From contig KZ538150.1 in assembly GCA_000934665.2 (NCBI GenBank), positions 62,001-114,111 on the forward strand: a stretch of DNA of 52,111 nucleotides, given 5' to 3'. The DNA is from Catajapyx aquilonaris (taxonomy: Eukaryota). The position numbers and the translations under genes are program-made. This document shows, one piece after another, positions 9,155 through 23,900 of the stretch. Positions within the stretch are counted from its first letter, which is position 1. Each line of letters starts with the position of its first letter. Below the pieces are notes generated by a model, which saw only the letters and a list, made by a program, of their open reading frames with translations, searched no databases and was not told the DNA's origin.

Positions 9155-9262
9155 ATGATAACTGATGTGCAGCTTGCTGTGTTTGCCAATGTGCTTGGCG
9201 TTTCCCTGTTCCTTCTTGTGGTACTCTACCATTACGTAGCTGCAAACTTCCCACACAACTGA
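9155..9262 (+). CDS. OST4: Oligosaccharyltransferase subunit 4 (35-aa single-TM microprotein)
   Basis: [35 protein letters not shown], nearly identical to the known OST4 sequence [28 protein letters not shown]; lies in exon 9133-9323 (tctttcccgcag| ... CAG|gtgag). Confidence 0.96.
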   Translation: MITDVQLAVFANVLGVSLFLLVVLYHYVAANFPHN

Positions 9263-9815
9263 AGAGGAGGATGGGACTTACCACACCTCCCTTTCCACCT
9301 GTTTCTGCATTTTGATTCACCAGGTGAGCTCATATCAGCATTGGACTCTGACTCGAAGTTTGGTTTGAAATCTAGGTGTAGGATCCAGTGTGCTATTTGG
9401 TCACTAGGCACACCAGGACCAACCCAGAAATACAAATTGGAGGAACTCAATTGTTACTTTCAGTTACTCATGTTTACTGTTTTAATCAGTCAATTTGTTT
9501 CTGGGCTGGCATGTATCTAGCAATTCAAGTGGACTGGGTGTCGACCAAGCTTGGTTGACTTCTGAGCAATATATGACATGTGGATGCCTGAATAGCATGC
9601 AAATTAAAGTCATCCGCTTTGTACATTACTTCCAATTCTGTAGTGGAAAAGAAACATCAGGGGAATAAAGGGGCCGTAAGCCAAGCAGATTTTCCAAATG
9701 CACTAAGGACAGCTCACACAACAAATGCCCAAATTTTTCATGTAATTGCTCAATTTAGAACTACACCCCTGAAAAAATGCTTACAACTTTAACTTCATTT
9801 TTTATTACTTTTCAG

Positions 9816-9915
9816 ATATCACCATGACCCAAACTGGATCTGGGAAAAAGTCACTAGCACCCTGCAACGAGAACCTCTCTGTAGGCAAATAAATGAAGTC
9901 CAAATGCATTTGGTA
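9816..9915 (+). other. OST4: Probable OST4 3' UTR terminal exon
   Basis: ttttttattacttttcag| acceptor at 9815; AATAAA at 9888-9893. Confidence 0.6.
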
Positions 9916-12900
9916 ATTTCTTTTAATTCCTGGGGGCTTGCACCTTTACAAAGAGTATCACAAAAAGAGTGTCCATTTTGCAACTCCTGAAAAATGTCCA
10001 AAAAGAAAACAAGCACGGATGTGTAGGAATACACCAGGACTGATGTTTTTTGTTTTCTTTGTGTTTACCTGGACTGAATAGGAAGTAATTGAGTAATACT
10101 ACCAGTACATACACCAAATTTACAAATCTTACCTACTAACATTTTCAGGTTTAATGATTTTAAAAAGTGAGTTTGGCGCCCACAATACTGGGTAGGAAGA
10201 AGACAAAACATACTCTCTTCTATCATCGCCCCCAACAATGTACAAAAAAATACTATCAAGATGGTATGCAAGATTAAAATAAATCCAGTAATTCGCAAGT
10301 GTAAAAAAGGGAAACATCTAATATCATTGATTAGGCTAATTTTGTATTAGGAAACTGAAATGTGACTGGGTCAAGAAAATGTAGTAGAGGTGATAACTTA
10401 GAAGAAAAATGTCATTCTTTGGGTACAGATTTGGACCCGCCATTTTGTGCCTCATAAAAATAATAATAAACCACTGCAAAGTCACACTGCGGATGTTTCC
10501 AATCAGCCAGCTGGATTTTGTGCACACCACTAACAAAGCATGATTATTATCAGTGTTTGGGACATTTTGTGCCAAAATTAACTGGTCAGATTTGCCCACT
10601 GGCTTGCAAAGCTTTTCTCCTCTTTTAAACCATCTGTCGCACACAAAAAGCATTTCTCCATGTCACTTCCATGAGTCACTGTCCACACACTTCCATAACA
10701 CTTTTGGAATGATAATTACACCTGCTGTTTTGGGTAATGGGATGCAGAATACAAAAAACGGGACACTCGCACAGTATAATGCCAACCAAACATTGGTCTC
10801 TAGGTTTAAAAAGAAAGAAAGCCACTCCTCAGCCTGCACGGCTCCACAGTCTTTTCTGAATACCGCACCATGGGAGCATTTGTCACAAGTAGTCACCAGG
10901 TGACAACAATGTGGACGGGGAGACAAATGAAAAAAAAGTCTTCTAGTTCCACTTACTCATAAATAGGTACAAAGAAGGAACTACACTGAGCAATAATTGC
11001 ACATGGGATTGGCTTGTCACAACATAACATCAAGCTGGCGCACAACCATGCTGGATTTCAGAGATGCTTGGCATCCAGAAATGGCAATGTGGTTTCTGAT
11101 AGGAAGTCCTAACGATGGCTGCCACTCTCAACTCATATTTAAAAATGGGGTACAAATATAGTCAAGTTTCCAGTTCAAAGATTACTTATACGACACATGG
11201 ACAGGAAACCGCAACTTCCTGGTTCTGTGGGAGTTGGCAGTTTGAGGTATTACTTTGTAAATGTGCAACAAATTTTCCTCACTAAAACACAGAATTTTCT
11301 TTGACATTCATGATATGACAGTGCCAAGTTAAAAACTGGAGGAAGTTTGAAACAATATTGCCAAACACCAAACCAAATGAGGTAATGAAAATGATAGCTC
11401 AAATTGTGATGTACTCTTACTATGCAATGTCCCCTGAATGGAAGCAGTTTAGATAAGTAGGCAGAATGCAGGGCTGCACTGCCACACCAGAATTCCAATC
11501 TCAACTTCCCAACCCACTTCCATCTTAGGAAAAGTACGGCCTACCACATTTTGCCCCTAAATCACCATGGTCGATCTACCAGTTTCTGGTTTGGTTTGCT
11601 TTATTGGGAAGCCAATATGACTACGGCTGCCCAAGGATGCTGTGATAGAGGAAGAGAGGTTTTTGGAAGGTGGAATGAATTGGGATAACTCTAGAAAACT
11701 CACTTGAACATGGAGATGACATCTCAAAACTCTCTCCACACCACAAAATCCTCTGGCTAGCTCAGTAATCAAACATGCGACCTCAGAAAACTGTCATGTT
11801 AGCCCCGATGTACTGCTTCTCTTCCCCAAGACATTGCATACTGGTCACATAATGATGGTGTGAAATACACGTAATATCATGATCAGTCCACATCACTGAC
11901 TGTGAGCTAAAGACCCAAAGGCAAACTTTCTCCACATTTTGATCTAATTCTGCTCGAATACATCTGGTTGCTCATGGCCTCCAGCAGGTCCAGTCTCAGG
12001 TGATGGTGCAATACTTCAACATGTAGTGTGTATTCCTTAGCTGCCAGTGTCATTAAATGGAATCATAGAAAAAATGAGGAAACTTCTTTGTCTTTCACAA
12101 AGGAACTAGACCACTGGGGCAAACTGAAACTGCTGTTATTTAGTTTCACATTATGACCAAGAAGTGTATTATGAATGCCCTAGTCATGTGGCTTCAAAAT
12201 CCCTAGTTTTCTTATTTCACTGTTTGAATAGACACCCTGTAGCATAATTAGAAAGAAGTTACCAGCCATGTTTTGGTTACACAACTAAATCTTGAAATTT
12301 CTACGAGTATGTGCCTCATAAGTCACTCCAAATCATCCACTGAATGACATGACACAGTGGAGAGTTTTTGACCGCAAACATACACTTTTTTAAAGAGTCC
12401 AGCACAGAAAAATTTCTTGTGCCTCACAATACTGACTCTCAGAAATTAAAGCAATGGAAGCTGGACTGGATTGGAGGATCCTACAAAATGCGGCTGCTGA
12501 GGAAGCCATACCACTTGAGAACATAGATAGGAAGCTCTACAGCTTTCAACATCATGTATGGACTTGTAAATTGCGAGTGTACTGCTGGGTGATTTCCAAA
12601 TGTTAGTCTCCAAGCATCACGAGTCATATATGGAGACACTTTGGAAGGAGCCCCGAGTTACAACATGACAGGTGCTTCTTATAAAAGCTGATTATTTGCT
12701 CACTCTACAGGCAGACTAGAAAGCTTTAGCCAATATCAAAATTTCCAGAAAATAATGAACACTGATTCTAAAAGTTACATGCATGCCTTTAGGGACTCAG
12801 GAGGCTGCAATTGTTAAATGGTAAAAAAATATGCAAACTGGCTGAGATTTTTTCCAGCTGTTTGATGCACATTTTCTGCATAACAACCCACATTTTCAAG

Positions 12901-13186
12901 ATTGAGTAGGTGACTTCCTCTCTTAGCATTGATACTCTTTATGATGCCTGTGACCTTCCATGCCATGGCAAGAAATAATGTATATTGCAACCATGATCGT
13001 CATTTGTCAGGTTGTTCATCTCACAATGTCTGTCAACCACACTGCTTGGTCCAACCTCATCAGTCTGAGCCCAGATCTGTCATCCAAAGTGTAATTGGAC
13101 AGGTACCAAGCCACTTCAAAATCTTCCTCTGCCTGAATGAAAATGTACTGTAAAATCCAGTCCTCTTCACTTTTTCCTCCTCATAT

Positions 13187-13395
13187 TCAATATGCAGTGG
13201 CCTCCTTGTATTCAGATCCCTCGAGGGTAAAGAAGTCCTCGAGCTTCCACTGTAAAGTTTCGAAGGTCGGCCTCTTCATTGGGTCCTTATGCCAGCATTC
13301 CAGCATGATGTCGTAGAGGGCAGGGGGACAGCCGGGAGGGCATGGCATGCGATACCCGTGCTCCACCTGATGGAGGACCTCTGCATTTGTCATGC
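13187..13395 (-). CDS. Src42A: Src42A coding exon 8 (C-lobe, regulatory tail, stop)
   Basis: tttttcag|[25 protein letters not shown]...[28 protein letters not shown]; the eight exons sum to 1701 nt = 566 aa + stop. Confidence 0.96.
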
Positions 13396-13764
13396 CTGAA
13401 AAAGAAACATTACAGTGAGAGTGCACCAAGTAGCATCACTGAAGTCTCTAATACATGTAATGTAAATAATAGTACTCGAGGTAAACTATAAATTTTACAG
13501 GTCATTTGAAATAGTAACATGCATACTATTAGCCTACCATTAAGGCCTTTTCTCAAAAATTAGAATATAATGAAATATTTTCATCATCACATATGCCAAG
13601 GATTTTTGAGTTGAGTACATCAGATAAGGTTTAAGTTCTTGGAGCCAAGACACTGGGCTTGGACACAGAAAATTTCACTTCAGCTCTATATTTTCTACAA
13701 CTACTGGACTATGGACAACAGAAAGATCGAGGCAATTTTGAAAGTGAAATTCAAAACAATCTCA

Positions 13765-13989
<225 letters not shown>

Positions 13990-14311
13990 TTATTACTAGC
14001 AAACTCCCTCAGCATGTGTACCAAGCAGGTAATCATTGGTTATAGTTTTCTTGGTTGATGTCATATGGAGCCCAAAATGTCATGTTATTAGCTTCGACAA
14101 CAACTGAGAAACAGAAAGAAGCAATAACAGTTTGAATTGTTGGCATGCAAATTATGTTCCATTGCATCTGGGCCCTACGACTAACAGGTACACCCATCTT
14201 TGTGGATTAAATTATAATGTTTCCCTTTTATAAATAGTATATGAATATTATGTTATTTTCTAATGTCTGCTTGACTTGTACACATTTTCCACGCCCACAG
14301 AGCAGCATCTA

Positions 14312-14584
<273 letters not shown>

Positions 14585-14592
14585 TTACATAC

Positions 14593-14751
14593 CTTGCAGA
14601 AATTCTAGAAGGCTTCCATTCTTCATGAGCTCTGTTATGATGTAAATGGGCTCCTCCATGGTGCAAACTGCATAAAGTTGGATCAGCTTGGGATGGCGCA
14701 GCTTCTTCATTATTTGTGCCTCTGCCAAGAAATCTTTCGGGTCCATTGTGC
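14593..14751 (-). CDS. Src42A: Src42A coding exon 5 (alphaC, Thr gatekeeper, hinge)
   Basis: ttag|[55 protein letters not shown]|gtatgt; phases 1/1. Confidence 0.96.
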
Positions 14752-14956
14752 CTAAGAGGAGAGTGATAACATACACATTATTGTCATGTGGTTTCAGATT
14801 GGAACTTCAGTAACTCAGTGAAGCAATATTAGTTACATTGATGAATATGCACTACGTTTTACTTGATAAGAAAATCAACTCTACATATAACCTGTGTGTC
14901 TCAAAATTTCCCTGGAAAAATTCAATACAATATTTCCTTAGAGTATAGGAAAGAAA

Positions 14957-15129
14957 AAGTGAAACCTGCATATGGAGGAATCACATGGGACCCTATATTT
15001 TTTTCAAAATGGACAAGATTCTGCTTTATTTGGCATGGAATTCATGCCCGATGCATACACCCAGTCCCAGAAAAAAAATCTGCAATGGAGTGGTTTCTGC
15101 TCAGGGTCCATTATGGACAGGCTTCACTG
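14957..15129. mobile_element. Degenerate Tigger-like MITE
   Basis: AGTGAAACCTG ... CAGGCTTCACTG|TA. Confidence 0.4.
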
Positions 15130-15745
15130 TATTTCACTGAGGTGGTAAATGCTCTGAAAGTGTTTTAAAACAACACCAGGGTCTTAACCTGGGCAAAATA
15201 ATTATGAGACTTGATTTTCAGGATTTTTTTTTTTGTTCCTTTGTACTTAAAATAATGATGATAATAAGTCAACTTGTTTCATAAACGCTGGATCTAAATA
15301 ATGATTTTATGTAGTGTGTTCTTGAAAAGCCTATTTATACATGCCATATCCTTTCATGTGATTGTTAGGATCTACAAATCTAATAACTTCTGATATACCA
15401 AGCAGAGTATGCTTTTCAAATGGCAAAACGTAATGATGTTATGCAGTTGCAACTTGCTTGCACAAATTGCAGCCTGTGATTTAATCACAGGTGGTGTTTC
15501 ATAAGACTATATACTGTTCTAGTGGAATATTCATAATGCTTATTACAAAATTACATAGGCACAAAAACACTTCAGTTCTCTTTACTGGTGCAACAAATGG
15601 AATTTCCTAAGGTAGGTAAATTGTCTGCAAAGTCTCAAAAATCTCAACATACACAGGTGGCATTTAAAAGTCTTATTAAAGCATGTTAAGAGTTAATTTT
15701 TAAAAACTACAGCATACGTAAGTCTCTCATTGTACTTTGCAAGTA

Positions 15746-15989
15746 ACTCGTCATTGATCTGACAAAAGGACGAATTCAACATTTTACAAGAGAGTCAAAA
15801 GAAACCTGGAAACCACTGTACAAATACATAGGATGGCCTTTTGATTTTCCGTTCTAACTCTGACGCCACTTGTCCCATGTGTTCGCCATTTTGTCAGAAT
15901 GTGGCCAACACTTGATGGTGCTGGGAGAGGCCATAATCCAATTTAAGCAAAAATGTTGAATAAGTCCTTTTGTCAGATTAACAATGAAC
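15746..15989. mobile_element. MITE with about 40-bp inverted termini
   Basis: ATCTGACAAAAGGACGAATTCAACATTTT vs AAAATGTTGAATAAGTCCTTTTGTCAGAT. Confidence 0.7.
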
Positions 15990-16105
15990 TAAGGTGTTGA
16001 CTTATGATGCAAAGCAACCTTTTATATCCAAAGACCACCTACCCATATCACATTAACAGAACATAAAATGGCAATGACAAAAAAAATTGGTGGTTAGTTC
16101 AATCA

Positions 16106-16420
<315 letters not shown>

Positions 16421-17502
16421 CTACCTAGGAACACACACTCTTGCTGATTCATCCCAGTATCCAGCAGTTAGCTGTTGCAAGAGCTGCAATAACCCCAGCC
16501 AATCAGCATAAATAAAAAGTTAGGAAAAATATCTGGGCTTTAGTTTATAATCAAATGTGGCAATTAAACTCTTGACATCATTTGGCATGATAGCAACTAG
16601 TGCATTGCAGAAGCCCATTATGTAGGTTCAATGCATTCCTAGGCAAAATTTGAACTGGACCAAATTCCGCAGTACTCTGCAGAGCACTTATGCAATCACG
16701 TTGCATGACAGTGTTACATGTCACATTACGTGCCATAAGGTGGCTTCACAATGCATTTCCTCACCTCGACACCAGTTTTCATCGTCACCAAAGCGTGACA
16801 CCTGTATTGCAGCCCCTCCTTTTTTTTTTGCAAGAACCCTGGCTATTATTTGGTTTGCAACCTTCACCTTCAAAATAATAGCCTGGGAACATATTCCAAA
16901 GCACAAGCTGTTAAGTACACTTAAATGCATTTTTATCTTTCAGGCAATGCAAATTAATGCAAAGTAAATGCATTTTAGTGTACATTGTGAACACATCTAT
17001 TCATCCATCCAGGCACTTCCAGGTTTTTGTACTTTTAGGTACTCACTGAGCGCTTCATAGATTTTAGAACCCGCTGCATGCAAAAGGGTTAAACAAACTC
17101 ACAGCTGAGTAGCATAATGTAACCATTCACCATGCAATTTGAACCAGAAAGGATATAAATTAGTTGGGTGAATTACTTTACATATGATATATCTGTAATC
17201 CTATGTGGTATTTCTGGCAATAATATAATCAATGCAGTTTTAACAATACGTACATTTTTATCAGCCATAAACTGCCTTTCTGGTTCTTGTACTGCATCTA
17301 TACACAACTTACCGTTCTTATAACATAGCCAAAAATTTCAGCTTTAAATTATTCCTACAAAATAAGTTAACCTTATCAAGCTGGCTTGCTTAACTATGTC
17401 TACAAACTAACTTTATGAATAGGCAACACAGTTGCCTTTATACCAACAGTTGGCATTGTTCATAGAACTAGCCCTTCAATCCTTGGGACCATAATCAGAT
17501 TA

Positions 17503-18017
17503 CGAGGGTTGTTTCATAAGTCATGGCGCATATTTTTTTATTCAAACCTGGTAACACATACAGAGATGACCTTTGCTGAGTTTTGGAACTCCGGGCGACT
17601 ACAATTTTATCTGGCATATAGACGTCGCCCATATCGTGGGGGAAGAAGGGAAACAAAAGGGGATCGTGACCTCTCTCTCTCTCTCTCCTTTCCCCCNNNN
17701 NNNNNNNNNNNNNNNNNNNNNNNNNNNNNNNCCCCCCCCCGCACCATCGCCCTAAGAAGGCCTGATGCGCTTGGAGATGTTGGACGCTGCATGCTAGACA
17801 CTCGGAGATGGACAACACTGGATCACCATCTCTTTCAGGTGCAAAAGAGCCACCATTTTCCTTCGCTTGGAACTCGATCTAATTGAGGGCGATGGTTTTT
17901 TCAAACGATTTGTGGTGATGGACGACACATGGCTCAGGTCATAGTGCTCTGACTTGTCCCACACTCGAAAGCAAGCTCCCAAAAAAATAAGCGCCATGAC
18001 TTATGAAACAACCCTTG
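17503..18017 (+). mobile_element. Internally deleted mariner element
   Basis: TA|CGAGGGTTGTTTCATAAGTCATGGCGC ... GCGCCATGACTTATGAAACAACCCTTG|TA; remnant EGDGFFKRFVVMDDTW resembles the mariner first catalytic motif (FLxRIVTxDETW). Confidence 0.8.
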
Positions 18018-19944
18018 TATTATCCAGCCCACCTTTTGGGAGAAGTAACAGGGCAAGTAATGTCGTGGACAGGGGACCAGGAGGAGGAAAGGGTGGAATG
18101 AGGACATTTTTGACTTGGTTCTTAACTTTCACAGGCTCCTTTCTCTGCTCCGCCAATCTCATTTATGGAAACGATACATGCCAGAAGCATTCCAGTCTGA
18201 CTGCCCTTCCAATACCCCAGCAAAAAACAATGTGGACCCTTTCCAACTGATATCAATGGATTAATACCATAATAGATCAATCAGGTTTTAAGCAACCAGT
18301 ACCTGTACAGGTAACTTTCAAAGCAAGATTAAATTTACTATTGGCAGTAACTGTTGAAGTGATACACTTTCAAGCAAACCTGCATTTTTGTGTGTCAAAA
18401 TATTCCTTCACACCACTCCTCCTGATGAAGATGATGGTTATGGTTGTATGGTACATAAGCATAACAATAACACACCTGGAGTTATAAGTTCAATCTGTGG
18501 TAATGGTACAATAATCCACTCTCATGAAGCAGACATTATGAATTAAAATAATGCAATCACTAAATACAGTTGAACTAACCCTCCTGCCCTGCAGCCTTGA
18601 GGTTACAATTGAACATAGCAACACCTGGCTTCCATTTATAGCCCACTAGCACAGGAACAAAGGGATGGTGGAAAATCCCACTGATAAATTATTTGGAATG
18701 ACAGCTTAAATTGGAGCTGTGGCAAAAGCTGACCATGTTTATAACTGCAGACTTTGGAGAGTTACACAAAAATGAGGACTGCATTTTTTTTTCTTGCAGG
18801 CAGGTGAGGCGGGGGAGGTGGAACACAATCGCAGGGGTGAGGGGTTTGGAAAGGGGGAAAGGGTGGAAGGGGGAATATTCATGATTGTGTGAGGATGAAA
18901 TATTCAAGGGCTTTGTCAGGAATGCACCATGGTTTCAGGGAAAATACTTTAGCCCACAATTATTATTCCACAGAGAACACAGTTTATGATTTTGTGGCCT
19001 GTGTTTCATGTCGTTTCTTTTTTTCCCTTTTTTGAAAAATTTACAAGCAATGTAATACAAGGTAGTCTGGACAATTGCTTGCATAACCAAATGAATTCTA
19101 ATTCATTAATTTTCTTACTCCAGTCCAGATTGAAGGAGTTAACATGTAACCTGGCAGGCCATTAACACCTTATAATACATCAGGATTTCATGTGTGCCTC
19201 GCTACAGTATTTGATTTTACATGTTAAGGGTAGCTCACAAACGTCTAATATGGATCATTCAAATCATGATGAATAATTACAGAAAATTTGAAATATGAGA
19301 CTTGTCAAATACATATTAAATGCATTGCATATTGCCATAGCCCCTTTAAAATCTACTGCAGAGACCTTTAAAAAAAACTTGAACACACAAATATATTGAT
19401 GTGCTTCTTACAATGCTAGGCTACATTTTTTAACCAGACATAACATTATGTACAAAGGGTTTTCAAATTATAAGTTGAGTCAGGACTAATATTGCTGTCA
19501 GCAGTAAAGAAAAGTCGAGATTATACTGATGAGCTCTGCCACATCTCCAGGTGCAAAGCATGCAGTAAATTTTCACAAAAAATTGGCAGCCACAAGCATC
19601 AACCTGAAGTGGCCCCGCAATGCACAGTTCAAGCTCTCGTTGCACAAGCTGCAAGCACCTTATAAGTGGCACACTGGGATTAAACCCCAGTGGAGAAAAG
19701 TTTTACTTATCAATATTTTTCAAGCATTCATATGTTCAGTCAGCAGCAGGTAGCATAAGAACTCTTAGTGCTTAACCCAACATGTTCAAAGAGTACACTC
19801 ATTTGTAATAAATGATTTGAATCAGCCTACTTATTTCAATCAGGATGAGATACATTATTTGAACAATACAGTTATAGTAAATACCCTGTCATCACCACCA
19901 AAATACTTAAAGAGCATGCTAATCAAAGTTTTAGGCCAACTCAC

Positions 19945-20108
19945 CTGCACACATGGCTTCCTTAGATTGACACACAATCCATCAGGATCTTTACTGTAGT
20001 GCTCCACAAGTTCCTGGAGGGTGCGAAAGGTGGTTCTTCGAGCAATGAAGAAACCCCCTTCATCCAGCTGACGGATGCGATAGTGCTTCACAGTGTCCCC
20101 ATCACGTA
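19945..20108 (-). CDS. Src42A: Src42A coding exon 3 (SH2 C-half)
   Basis: cag|TA-CGT...; RDGDTVKHYRIRQLDEGGFFIARRTTFRTLQELVEHYSKDPDGLCVNLRKPCVQ; CAG|gtgagt; phases 1/0. Confidence 0.96.
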
Positions 20109-20653
20109 CTGCCAGGGCACAAGAGACACTTCATAAACATCACAACAAAAATCCCACTTGCCCCATTGTCAAGATATTCCCTGGGCTCTCAAACTGCAAA
20201 AGTTAGGGGAACCTCCCAGAACAATGTTAAAGTATTCATCATGCTCGCCCCCTGACAGACATGTTACAACAACCTGTGGACCAACGGCGCAGGGTCTTTT
20301 TTTCTCTCTCATTCTCGTCTGGTGTCATCCCAGAAGAAAAGGCCATGCTTGTTACCATGGCAACTGCCCTTGGTGCCCAGATCTACCTGATCATGTGGTC
20401 GTACCTGTCCTGCTTCCCCAGAAGGAACTTACGTAGCATCACATATCGCCATAAGAATTGCAAAGGTCATGCCAAGTTTAGAAATACAAGGTGTTCCAAA
20501 CTACATGAACTGTGGATGCAGGGCACTATTATGAATCGGAAATTACTGCAGTATTTTCTCAATGCAGAAACTGGGGCAAATAATTTCTTTGCATTCACAT
20601 AAAAATACAATATTTCTTCGACATTTTATCAAATGCTTGCCACTGGTGTTTTA

Positions 20654-20951
20654 CAGGGTGATCCAAAACCCCTGGTCAATTGCTGTTTCGATTATTTCGC
20701 ATTAAACGCTTTGGAATGGCTACAAAAATATTAGCTGCTAATATTAGGTCGAATCACTTATCAAAGCTCCGAATTGAAATGAATTTACGCTTGGGAATGG
20801 CGGATTGTATAACAAGTGGCATTTAACATCAGTGGTAATCAAGGAAAAATGCCATTGCTGGTCAAAAAATGATGGGTTTATGTAACCCAATATTAGCAGC
20901 TAATATTTTTGATAACTGCTAACAGTAGTGTAGCCATTCCAAAGCACCCTG
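20654..20951. mobile_element. Tc1/mariner-like MITE
   Basis: TA|CAGGGTG ... CACCCTG|TA; internal IR GCTTTGGAATGGCTACA / AAAATATTAGCTGCTAATATT. Confidence 0.65.
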
Positions 20952-23900
20952 TATAAAGTTCAGCAGTCCTTGAATTTTGATGAACATTTTAATCAAAAAT
21001 ATGTATGACATGACACACAGAACCTATTCTAATGAGAACGAAAATTCTGCAATTCAAAGAATTCACGTTCCGAATTCGTTGAAGTGTTATCTGTAACACT
21101 ATCTTATTCTCAAAGAACACAAAATAGTTATTTAAATGACGCCAATTTAAAAAAAAAATTGCACACTCTAAGAAAGGGATTTAAAAATGCTGAAATCTTG
21201 CTGTGAGATGCTGAACACTAACAGTTAGTTTTGGCCTTTCACGAAAATATGAGAAAACTGCTTCTGGGCATATCTGCAAAATTTGTCACTGCATTGCCGC
21301 TATACAGTTACTTATTACAAACGCAGTACCAATCCCAACTATGTCTACTGGCCTGTGAAAAGGCCCTCGGGCCCAATGTGCTGTAAATTACTTTCCGAAA
21401 ATTAGCTAATGGCACCCTCACTTAATCGTCTTTGGAGATTAATTCAAGTCCAGGCCAAATGAGGATCAAAAATCTATGGGCCCTTCGTCAGAAGATGATC
21501 AAAGGGCCAAGTTTCTCATTTGTCATTTTCTTTCGAGGGCACGCCCACTGTCTCCGCCCTATTTATTTATTTTTTGTTATCAATGTATGATATTATTGGT
21601 TAAAATAATTATCGTAAGTGTCGTTTTAAAACAGAAACATCCATTGATGGGAAATCGGCCTTAGAATCGCACCCAAACGCCTAGGAATATTAGTGAATGC
21701 AGGCAAACAGAAGACTGCTTCAGACCCTTGACGATTTCTGCCGTCGGTAATGTACCGCCACAACACTTTCGCACGCTTTCGCAGCTACTCACACATGACA
21801 CATACCAACACCCGACGCCCGCCGTAGCCTACTCCAAATGTCCCTGCTCCTTCCGGGATTGTGCAAAACGTGTCGCGTAATTTGAAAATTGTCAAATTCC
21901 CTGAAGGCAGTGACGACTTGTCTGTCCAATCAAGCAGCACGTGTGACTCCGGCTAATTGGAAGCCATTAGGCAAATGTGTTGCCTTTGTCGGCCCCGCGC
22001 TCACCTCAATGATTCAACTCCTCCATTAGTTTTCTCAGCCCCATTTACTACGGAAGACGTCATGAATAAACGTCAAGGGAGAGATGTCATTTCAATATGT
22101 CCCGTCCTGCGACATTTCCTCCTCTAATCTGCATGTAGACCCTGCTTATGGCATATTCCTAGCAATATACTACCCGCCTAGTTTCTGCAACGGTGCCACC
22201 CTGGACCTGCCAAACACAAAGTTTCCTTTAGGCAGTATCATTTAAATTATATTATATTATCAACATTAATATCCCTGAAGCCTTGCCACATTGTCTTACT
22301 TTTTACCGGTACGAAATAGAAATCATATCCGGCCTCCCTGTGTAAATGGAGCAAAACCGGGCATTTTCGCAGCGGGAACTATCTAACCAGGATTTTCACG
22401 CCAGCTGGAATGAAGAAAAAAAAAAATCCCTGCCGAATTTGCTGACGTCACAGCAGATTCAAAACGCGTGCTTGGAACCGACCAGGAGTTTCCCATCGCT
22501 TGCCTTGTTTTTCTCATTATTTACCGCGCGCAAATGACTCTTCCTGGGCACGAAATTTGCATTCGGGGGGTACGGAGCGCGCGGGGTTGCCAAGCAGATC
22601 TCGGTGCGAGATACTGCACGTTATAAACCAGTACAGTAGTATGCGAGAGAAATATGTGGAACGTTCCGTGAGAAGTACCAAGGACGAATGGGTGGGGGTC
22701 ACCGGTGAAAGGAACGAGGTATGCGAAAACATACTCAGGAATTATAAGACGTCATCGTAATTTAACCAGTCCTTCACCCACCGACTGGCGAATTACATGC
22801 ATTATTTTCGTTCTTAAAGCGACCCATGACTTAATCGATGATCTTCAGTGACGGATGGAGACGTCAATAAATTACCTCATCACAAGGCTGCTGGCGGTTA
22901 AATGGTGTCACTCGTGATACAAGGGTCACGGCTCAGGGAAGTTGCAAGAAAAACTAATTTGTACCTCATCGTTTGTACGTGATTCCTGACTAATGTTATG
23001 ATGTCACACTTCTGTAAGCATTAAGCTCGTCCATGGTTCAAGACTGAGTCTCCGTCACCCTTTTTAGTTGTATCTGAAATCAGTAGAAGGCTTCGTTTTT
23101 CCACAGATATGTCAAAAATTGCTCTAAAAACTTGCTTATAAATTGATCCAATAACAAATTCGCCGATATTGTCTCGATTTATGATGTCACGTAGAAGTGT
23201 AGTTTCAGGTGCGCACAGCAATTTCATAATAGGATGTGAATACCTATCAGTTACGAAAACCTTTATCTTATAAGACAGGGACGTCGCGTCGTCGACACAC
23301 TTCTCATTATCTATAATTTCGAATTTGTATACCAGGAAAAGAGGAAAATAATCCACTCAAGTCCAAATCATGGTGCACGGTACGAAGCAGCATGAAATAT
23401 TATTGGTACGTGAATAAGCATTAATGATACATGTCACTTAACTGACTATCTTTATATTTGTCATAATATTTCTGCGTCGCACATTTGGTTATCAAATCAA
23501 TAATTATTCGCAGCAGCGGCTGATTAGGGAAATAGCGAATTTCATCCTCCAATCGCAATGAGTACTGATATGCATAAAGACCGCATAAAATCACGTTGCA
23601 GCTGCAGCCATTTGCATGGATTATTTTTTAAACCACCAAAATGATTCTTCAAATGCAGAAATATTCAATCAATATAAACGAGCCTACATCACAATTTCCT
23701 CTGAAAAGCCCACGAATACTTAAGATGCTATATAACCCATTCTCAATTATTGCTTTGAATACCTCAGCGAAATAATTTCCCGAATTCTTTCGAACGTGCT
23801 GTAAGCATTCAAGACTAATATTAAACTGTGCTTGCAATTTCGGAAGGTTCAATTACAAATTCATATCTGCTAAAAAAAATCATTTTACAAGTTGCAGGAA

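Noticed and set aside
17070..17092. piggyBac-like end AAAGGG|TTAA
   Set aside because: No matching left terminus found
23021..23356. 111-aa minus-strand intronic ORF; also 32128-32478 and 41927-42348
   Set aside because: No recognisable family or phase-compatible splice sites; needs BLASTX to reconsider
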